From a bacterium (GTDB lineage Bacteria; JADJOY01), in assembly GCA_046331705.1 (NCBI GenBank), contig JAXLQJ010000036.1, positions 1 to 64,000 of the forward strand: a stretch of DNA of 64,000 nucleotides. Direction: 5' to 3'. The number at the start of each line of letters is the position of its first letter. Positions within the stretch are counted from its first letter, which is position 1. This document shows positions 57,068 to 64,000 of this stretch, one piece after another. Below the pieces are notes generated by a model. That model was not told the DNA's origin and did not search any database. It saw only the letters and a list, made by a program, of their open reading frames with translations. The position numbers were made by a program, and so were the translations under genes.

Positions 57068-57831
57068 GACAGACGCTCGCGATTGCCACGAACACCTTTC
57101 GCGAAGCGATTCGCGATCGCATCTTCCACTCGCTGCTCGTGTTCGCCGTGCTGGTGATCCTGAGCTCGCTGATCCTGGGCTACGTCACGGTCGGCGAGCA
57201 GGCGCGCATCGTCATGAACGTGGGCCTGGCGGCGATTCACGTCTTCGGCGTGCTGATCGCGATCAGCGTCGGCACCGGGCTCGTCTACAAGGAGATGGCC
57301 AAGCGCACGATCGTGACGCTGCTCTCGAAGCCGCTGGCGCGTCACCAGTTCCTGATCGGCAAGTACGTCGGGCTCGCCATGGTGCTGGCCGTGCAGCTGG
57401 TGCTGATGACGGCGGTGTTCCAGGCGCTGTTCTCCGCGCGCGGCGGATGGGTATCGGCGCTGACGTACCAGACGGTGTGGCTGATCTACGTCGAGCTGCT
57501 GGTGGTCACCTCGGTGGTGCTGCTCTTCTCGACGGTCACGAGCCCGTTCACGGGCGGCATCCTGAGCCTGCTCTTCTTCCTGATCGGGCACTCGATCGGC
57601 GAGCTGCAGAAGTACTCGAACACCTACGGCCCGCTCACCGCGCACCCGTTGTGGAAGGTGGCGTTCGCGCTCTTTCCCGACCTGGAGCGCTTCAACCTCA
57701 AGGAGAACGCGCTCTACCTGAAACCCGTCACCTGGGGCTTCGTGGCGCAAACGACGCTCTACGGGATGCTGCTGAGCGCGGTGTTCGTGACCGCCGCCGT
57801 GATCGTGTTCCGGCAACGCGACTTCACCTGA
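57064..57831 (+). CDS. ABC-2 type permease (PilI/NosY-like)
   Basis: IATNTFREAIRDR, LLSKPLAR..FLIGKY.G, six TMs, C-terminal F.QRDF. Confidence 0.88.
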   Translation: MRQTLAIATNTFREAIRDRIFHSLLVFAVLVILSSLILGYVTVGEQARIVMNVGLAAIHVFGVLIAISVGTGLVYKEMAKRTIVTLLSKPLARHQFLIGKYVGLAMVLAVQLVLMTAVFQALFSARGGWVSALTYQTVWLIYVELLVVTSVVLLFSTVTSPFTGGILSLLFFLIGHSIGELQKYSNTYGPLTAHPLWKVAFALFPDLERFNLKENALYLKPVTWGFVAQTTLYGMLLSAVFVTAAVIVFRQRDFT

Positions 57832-57841
57832 CGAGATCCCC

Positions 57842-59158
57842 GTGCGCACGCTCACCACGACCGACCCCGGCTTCGCTCGCGCCCTGGCGCGCCTCGCGAA
57901 CCGCATCACGCTCACCAGCGCCGACCGCGAGCCCGAGGTCCGCGCCATCGTCGCAGCCGTGCGCAAGCGCGGTGACGCGGCCGTCGCGGCCTACACGCGG
58001 CGACTCGATCGGGTTCGCATCCCCGCCGCGGATCCATGGCTCGCCGCCGAAGCCTTCGCGTTGGCCCGCGCGCTGGTCGGCAAGCAAGCGCTCGCCGATC
58101 TGAAGCTCGCGCGCGACCGCATTCGGACCTTCCACGCCCGAGGACGGCCGCGGGGCTACGCGATCCGCTCGGGTGCCGGCGTGCAACTCGCGCAGCGGGT
58201 TCACCCCCTGGGACGCGTGGGGGTCTACGTCCCCGGCGGACGCGGCGCCTATCCGTCGACGGTGCTCATGAACTCCGTGCCAGCCCGCGTCGCCGGGGTG
58301 GCCGAGATCGTGCTCGCGACCCCGCCCGCGCCGAGCGGCGAGCCGCGCCTGCGCGGTATCGATCCCCACGTGGTGGTGGCTGCCGAGCTCGCCGGGGTGT
58401 CGCGCGTGCTCACGGTCGGCGGTGCGCAGGCCGTGGCGGCGATGGCGTTCGGGACGCGCGCGATCCCGCGCGTGGACAAGATCGTGGGCCCGGGCAACGT
58501 GTGGGTGGCGACGGCGAAGCGGGTCGTCTACGGCCAGGTCGACATCGACTCGTTCGCCGGTCCGAGCGAGGTGCTGGTGATCGCCGACGGCTCGGTTCCG
58601 ACGGCGTGGACGGCGGCGGATCTCTTGAGCCAGGCGGAGCACGACCCGGACGCCATCGTGTTCCTGGTGGCGACCGAGCGCTCGGTGGCGCAGGCGGTGA
58701 CGCAAGAGATCGAGCGCCAGCTCGTCGATCTACCCAACCGCGACACGGCCCGGGAATCGCTGCGCCGCAACGGCACGGTGATCCTCGCGCGCGACGTCGA
58801 CGAGGCCGTGTCCATCGCCAACGAGCTCGCCCCGGAGCACCTCGAGGTCCACACGCGCGCCGCGCGCCGCGTGGCGAGACGCCTCGGGAACGCAGGCGCG
58901 GTGTTCGTCGGAGCGCACACCCCGGAAGCGATCGGGGACTATCTCGCGGGTCCGAACCACGTGCTGCCCACGGGTGGCACCGCGCGCTTCTTCTCGCCGC
59001 TCTCGGTCGACGATTTCCTGCGTCGCTCGAATACCCTCGAGCTATCCGCCGCGGCGCTGCGCCGGCTCGGCCCGCCCACGGCGCGTCTCGCCCGCATCGA
59101 GCGCTTCGAAGCGCACGCGCGCTCGGTCATCACGCGCCTCGAAGAGCCTTCCCGATGA
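57842..59158 (+). CDS. hisD: Histidinol dehydrogenase
   Basis: GVYVPGG, GGAQAVAA, IVGPGN, AGPSE, QAEHD, APEHLE, GDYLAGPNHVLPT. Confidence 0.97.
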   Translation: MRTLTTTDPGFARALARLANRITLTSADREPEVRAIVAAVRKRGDAAVAAYTRRLDRVRIPAADPWLAAEAFALARALVGKQALADLKLARDRIRTFHARGRPRGYAIRSGAGVQLAQRVHPLGRVGVYVPGGRGAYPSTVLMNSVPARVAGVAEIVLATPPAPSGEPRLRGIDPHVVVAAELAGVSRVLTVGGAQAVAAMAFGTRAIPRVDKIVGPGNVWVATAKRVVYGQVDIDSFAGPSEVLVIADGSVPTAWTAADLLSQAEHDPDAIVFLVATERSVAQAVTQEIERQLVDLPNRDTARESLRRNGTVILARDVDEAVSIANELAPEHLEVHTRAARRVARRLGNAGAVFVGAHTPEAIGDYLAGPNHVLPTGGTARFFSPLSVDDFLRRSNTLELSAAALRRLGPPTARLARIERFEAHARSVITRLEEPSR

Positions 59159-60243
59159 GATCGGCACCGACCGCCGCAGTGCGCGATTCGATTCGCGAGC
59201 TGGTGGCCTACCCCATCGAGCACGAGCGCGTGCCCGTGAAGCTCGACGCCAACGAGCTCGGGCTCGACCTCCCCCCCGCCCTCGACGAGGCGTTCCGGAC
59301 GGTGTGGCAGCGCGTGGATCTGCGCCGCTATCCCGAGGGCCACGCCGATGCGCTGGTCGCGAGCATGACGCGGCGCTTCGGCTTGGCGCCCGAGTCGATC
59401 CTGGTGGGAAACGGCTCGAACGAGATGATCGCGCTCTTGTTCGCCGCGTTCGCCGACGGCGGCTCCCAAGGCTCGGCACCCGTGGTCGTGGTGCCCACCC
59501 CGAGCTTCGGCGTCTATCCGATCCAGGCGCGCAGCCACGGTTTCGTGGTGCGCAACGTGCCGCTCAGCGACGAGTTCGAGCTCGAGCCCGAGGCGGTCCT
59601 CGAGGCGGCGCGCACGCAGCGCGCGCGGCTGATCGTGCTGGCCTCGCCCAACAATCCCACCGGGAATGCCCTCGCCCGCGACGCCATCGAATACCTGCTC
59701 GAGCAATTCGACGGGCCGGTGGTGGTCGACGAGGCCTACCAGCCGTTCGCCCAGGAGTCGTGGCTCGGACGCTGGGAGCGCTGGCCGAACCTGGTCGTGC
59801 TTCGGACGCTGAGCAAGGTCGGTCTGGCGGCGCTGCGAGTCGGCTTCCTGCTCGCGGATCCGCGGTTGACGGCGGAGTTGCGCAAGGCCAAGCTCCCCTT
59901 CAATCTCAACTCGGTGAGCGCGGCGCTGGCCGAGGTCGCGATCGACCACTGGCCGGAGCTCGAGAAGGTCGCCCGCGAGGTCGTGGCCGAGCGAGCGAGG
60001 ACGGCGCAGGCGCTCGCAGCGATGCCCGACGTCCGGGTCTTTCCCTCGGAGGCGAATTTCCTGCTGATCCGCGTTCCCGGCGAAGCCAACTCCGTGTGGT
60101 CGCGGCTGCTGGCGCGCGGGATCTCGGTGCGGAACTTCAGCACCAAGCCTGGTCTCGAGGGCTGTCTGCGCGTCACCATCGGGAAGCCCAGCGAGAACGA
60201 CGCCTTCCTCGCGGGCCTGCGCGAGGTCCTGGCGACGCGCTGA
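59155..60243 (+). CDS. hisC: Histidinol-phosphate aminotransferase
   Basis: KLDANE, GNGSNE, PNNPTG, DEAY, RTLSK.GLA.LRVG. Confidence 0.95.
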   Translation: MRSAPTAAVRDSIRELVAYPIEHERVPVKLDANELGLDLPPALDEAFRTVWQRVDLRRYPEGHADALVASMTRRFGLAPESILVGNGSNEMIALLFAAFADGGSQGSAPVVVVPTPSFGVYPIQARSHGFVVRNVPLSDEFELEPEAVLEAARTQRARLIVLASPNNPTGNALARDAIEYLLEQFDGPVVVDEAYQPFAQESWLGRWERWPNLVVLRTLSKVGLAALRVGFLLADPRLTAELRKAKLPFNLNSVSAALAEVAIDHWPELEKVAREVVAERARTAQALAAMPDVRVFPSEANFLLIRVPGEANSVWSRLLARGISVRNFSTKPGLEGCLRVTIGKPSENDAFLAGLREVLATR

Positions 60244-60318
60244 GCGTCCCAGCGAGTCGGTGGGCCGAGGCACGACGAGCGCGCGACGCGGGCTACGCTG
60301 GCCGCCAAGAGGTCGAAG

Positions 60319-60906
60319 ATGAGCCGAGTCGGACGCGTCGAGCGCAGCACCACGGAGACCCAGGTCAGCGTCACCGTCGACCTGGACGGAACCGGTCGCT
60401 ACCAGCTCGACACCGGTATCCCGTTCTTCGATCACATGCTGAGCCACATCGCCAAGCAAGGCCTGCTCGACTTGGACGTGAAGGCCACGGGCGATCTCGA
60501 GGTCGACTTTCACCACACCGTCGAGGACGTCGGCCTGTCGTTCGGCGAGGCGCTCGCGAAGGCGCTCGGCGACAAGGTGGGGATTCGTCGCTATGGCTCG
60601 GCGTCGCTTCCCATGGAGGAGACGCTCGCCGACGTCGCCGTGGACCTGAGCGGGCGCGCGTACTTCGTGTATCGCGTGGAGCTCGCGCAGGAGAAGGTCG
60701 GCACCTTCGACCTCTCGCTGGCGAAGGAGTTCCTGCGTTCGTTCGCGAACCGGTGCGGCATGAATCTGCACGTGACGGTGCGCTACGGGCAGGACGCCCA
60801 CCACGTCCTCGAAGCGATCTTCAAGGGCTTCGGCCTCGCGCTGCGCGACGCCGTGGCGGTGGATCCGCGCCGTCGCGACGTGCCCAGCACCAAGGGTGTT
60901 CTGTGA
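60319..60906 (+). CDS. hisB: Imidazoleglycerol-phosphate dehydratase
   Basis: TGIPFFDHML, DFHHTVED, HHVLEAIFK, PSTKGVL. Confidence 0.97.
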   Translation: MSRVGRVERSTTETQVSVTVDLDGTGRYQLDTGIPFFDHMLSHIAKQGLLDLDVKATGDLEVDFHHTVEDVGLSFGEALAKALGDKVGIRRYGSASLPMEETLADVAVDLSGRAYFVYRVELAQEKVGTFDLSLAKEFLRSFANRCGMNLHVTVRYGQDAHHVLEAIFKGFGLALRDAVAVDPRRRDVPSTKGVL

Positions 60907-61041
60907 TGGCCCGCGGTCCCGAAGCTCGGCGCTGAGGGCGCATCCCGAAGCAACCGAGCCGCATGCTCGGTTGCGGCAACGATTGCCCGACGGGCCGCAG
61001 CCGAGCGAGCCGAATCCACCCGATCCCCGCATCCCCGCCTC

Positions 61042-61695
61042 ATGACCAGCGCGACAAAACCCATCGTCGTCGTCGACTACGGCAGCGGCAATCTGCGCAG
61101 CGTCGCCAAGGCCGTCGAGCGCGCGGGCGGGGTGGTGGAGGTGAGCGCCGATCCCGCGGCGCTCGCGCGCGCCGGCGGAGTCGTGCTGCCGGGCGTCGGC
61201 GCCTTCCGCGCGGCGATGGAGAATCTCACGCGCGGCGGCTGGATCGAACCACTGCTCCAGCACCTCGCGAGCGACCGGCCTTTTCTCGGGATCTGTCTCG
61301 GCCTCCAGTTGCTGTTCGAGTCGAGCGAGGAGTTCGGCACCACTCGCGGGCTCGGCCTGTGCCGCGGTCGCGTGCGCGCCTTCCCGCTTCCCGCTGCGGA
61401 CGGGACGGGCGGCGAGCGCGCCAAGGTTCCGCACATGGGCTGGAACCAGCTCCGCGCCGCGCATCCGAGCCTCGTGAGCGAGGCGGTCGGCGACGACGCG
61501 TGGGCGTACTTCGTCCACTCGTACTACGTCGACTGCGACGAGCCGGAGCTGATCGCGACGACCACCCAGCACGGCAACGTCACGTTCACCTCGTCGATCG
61601 CCCGCGGTCGGCTCGTGGCGTGCCAGTTTCACCCCGAGAAGAGCCAGGCCATCGGGCTCGAGTTGCTGTCGCACTTCGTGAGGCTCTGCCGATGA
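61042..61695 (+). CDS. hisH: Imidazole glycerol phosphate synthase, glutaminase subunit
   Basis: [42 protein letters not shown]. Confidence 0.97.
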   Translation: MTSATKPIVVVDYGSGNLRSVAKAVERAGGVVEVSADPAALARAGGVVLPGVGAFRAAMENLTRGGWIEPLLQHLASDRPFLGICLGLQLLFESSEEFGTTRGLGLCRGRVRAFPLPAADGTGGERAKVPHMGWNQLRAAHPSLVSEAVGDDAWAYFVHSYYVDCDEPELIATTTQHGNVTFTSSIARGRLVACQFHPEKSQAIGLELLSHFVRLCR

Positions 61696-62443
61696 GCCTC
61701 ACCCTGATTCCCGCGATCGACTTGCGCGGCGGCCGATGCGTGCGCTTGCTGCGCGGCGATCCCAACGCCGAGACGGTGTACTTTCAGGATCCGGTCGAGC
61801 CGGCGCGGCGCTTCGAGGCCCGCGGCGCGAGCTGGCTGCACGTCGTCGATCTGGACGGCGCCTTCGAGGGCGGCGAGCGCAACGGCGCCGCGATCCGCGC
61901 GATTCGATCGGCCACCACCATGCGCCTCGAGATCGGTGGCGGGCTGCGCACGCGCGACGCCGTCGCGCGAGCGCTCGACCTCGGAGCGGAGCGCGCCATC
62001 ATCGGCACCGCGGCCATCGAGAATCCGGCCTTTCTGGACGAAGCGTGCCGCGAGTGGCCGGGACGGATCTGGGTGGGCATCGACGCACGCCAGGGCAAGG
62101 TCGCCGTCCGGGGCTGGGTCGAGCAGACCAGCGTCGATGCTCGCGCCCTCGCGGAGCGCGTCGCGCGCGCCGGCGCCGCGGGCATCGTCTACACCGACAT
62201 CGCCCGCGACGGCGCGCTGAGCGGACCCAACGCCGAGGAGACCGCGCGCGTCGCCCGGGACCTGGGGATCCCGGTGATCGCCTCGGGCGGAGTGCACCGG
62301 CTCGAGGATCTCGCGTCGCTCAAGCCGCTCGAGGCCGACGGCGTGATCGGCGTCATCAGCGGCCGGGCGCTCTACGAAGGCACCCTGGACCTCGACGCGG
62401 CGATCCGGTACCTGGCCGACGGCGAGTTGCGCGGAGTCGAGCG

Positions 62444-62447
<4 letters not shown>
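61692..62447 (+). CDS. hisA: ProFAR isomerase
   Basis: [38 protein letters not shown]. Confidence 0.96.
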
Positions 62448-63259
<812 letters not shown>

Positions 63260-63273
63260 CGAGGACCAGCGAC

Positions 63274-63663
63274 ATGTCAATCGTGGATCGCGTGAAATTC
63301 GACGACCGGGGCCTGGCCGTGGCGCTGGCCCAGGACGCGGCCAACGGCGAGCTGCTGATGGTCGCCTTCATGAATCGCGAGGCGCTCGAACGCACGCTCG
63401 AGACGGGACTCGTCCACTACTACAGTCGTTCGCGCAACAAGCTGTGGCGCAAGGGCGAGGAATCCGGTCACGTTCAGCGCGTCAAGGAGATCCGGATCGA
63501 CTGCGACGGCGACGCCATCCTGGTGACGATCGATCAGGCCGGCGTGGCGTGCCACGAGGGCTATCGCTCGTGCTTCTTCCGTCGCTGGGACGGGAAGGAG
63601 TGGGTGACCGATCGCGAGCGCGGTGTCGATCCCGCTGCGGTGTACGGGAAAAAGCCCGGGTGA
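63274..63663 (+). CDS. hisI: Phosphoribosyl-AMP cyclohydrolase (monofunctional)
   Basis: YSRSR..LW.KGEESG, DCDGD, ACHEG..SCF; no HisE domain. Confidence 0.95.
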   Translation: MSIVDRVKFDDRGLAVALAQDAANGELLMVAFMNREALERTLETGLVHYYSRSRNKLWRKGEESGHVQRVKEIRIDCDGDAILVTIDQAGVACHEGYRSCFFRRWDGKEWVTDRERGVDPAAVYGKKPG

Positions 63664-63690
63664 AAGGGTTTTCCCGGCCGTCCCGGCTGG

Positions 63691-63718
63691 TTGCCAGTGA
63701 CGTTTCCACTGCTATATT
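63691..63718 (+). promoter_or_regulatory. sigma70 promoter for rpsU
   Basis: TTGCCA-16bp-TATATT with TG extended -10. Confidence 0.6.
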
Positions 63719-63877
63719 GCGCGGTTAACCGTAGCTCGGGCGGCAGCAGGCCGGGATCCGCTCAGGCAGCCGAGGTCGAGCGTACGCGTCGGGTCATGTG
63801 TGGTGTCGTGCTTCTGAAGCAATTCCCCTAGCCCAAGCTGGCGCGCGTCGAAGCGCGCGTTTCGAGGAGATGGTCGG

Positions 63878-64000
63878 ATGCCCGGAGTGAAAGTTCGCGA
63901 AGGTGAGCCCTTCGAGGCGGCGCTCAAGCGCTTCAAGAAGCAGTGCGAGAAGGCGGGCATCCTGTCCGAGCTCAAGAAGCGCGAGCATTTCGAGAAGCCC
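63878..64000 (+). CDS. rpsU: 30S ribosomal protein S21 (3' truncated by window edge; absent from ORF track)
   Basis: [41 protein letters not shown] after GAGGAG RBS. Confidence 0.95.
   Translation, partial: MPGVKVREGEPFEAALKRFKKQCEKAGILSELKKREHFEKP

Noticed and set aside
63730..63800. Possible SRP RNA in the hisI-rpsU gap
   Set aside because: Lacks the conserved domain IV CAGG-GNRA-AGCAG arrangement.

Overview
Very GC-rich bacterial chromosomal segment made mostly of housekeeping genes. Gene content (PilGHI-like ABC module, MshEN and DUF4388 signalling proteins, DUF4398/TSP3-OmpA lipoproteins, sigma54 activator, rpmE-prfA-prmC-murA-his-rpsU order) suggests a deltaproteobacterial/Myxococcota-like organism (inference). 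Core blocks: rplU-rpmA-obgE-proB-proA-rsfS-rlmH-lapAB-comF (minus) and rpmE-prfA-prmC-murA-[pilGHI-like]-hisDCBHAFI-rpsU (plus), plus three SF2 helicases (Lhr, DeaD, Exo-DinG). I saw no tRNA/rRNA, CRISPR array, transposase or prophage gene. Clustered indels (lhr, rpmE/prmC, one membrane gene) look like long-read errors, so the apparent L31-RF1 fusion and pseudogenes are probably artefacts. Best candidates for something undescribed: (1) a secreted type-1 copper protein coupled to a sensor-HAMP-Ser/Thr kinase, near an outer-membrane beta-barrel gene; (2) an acetyltransferase-methyltransferase-DUF4912-GH57 cluster echoing the mycobacterial methylglucose-lipopolysaccharide locus; (3) a MshEN/degenerate HD-GYP/pseudo-receiver/DUF4388 scaffold; (4) an ABC permease-GH3-GT2 operon; (5) a possibly structured intergenic RNA near 11.9 kb. 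All calls come from motif recognition by eye; no searches were run.
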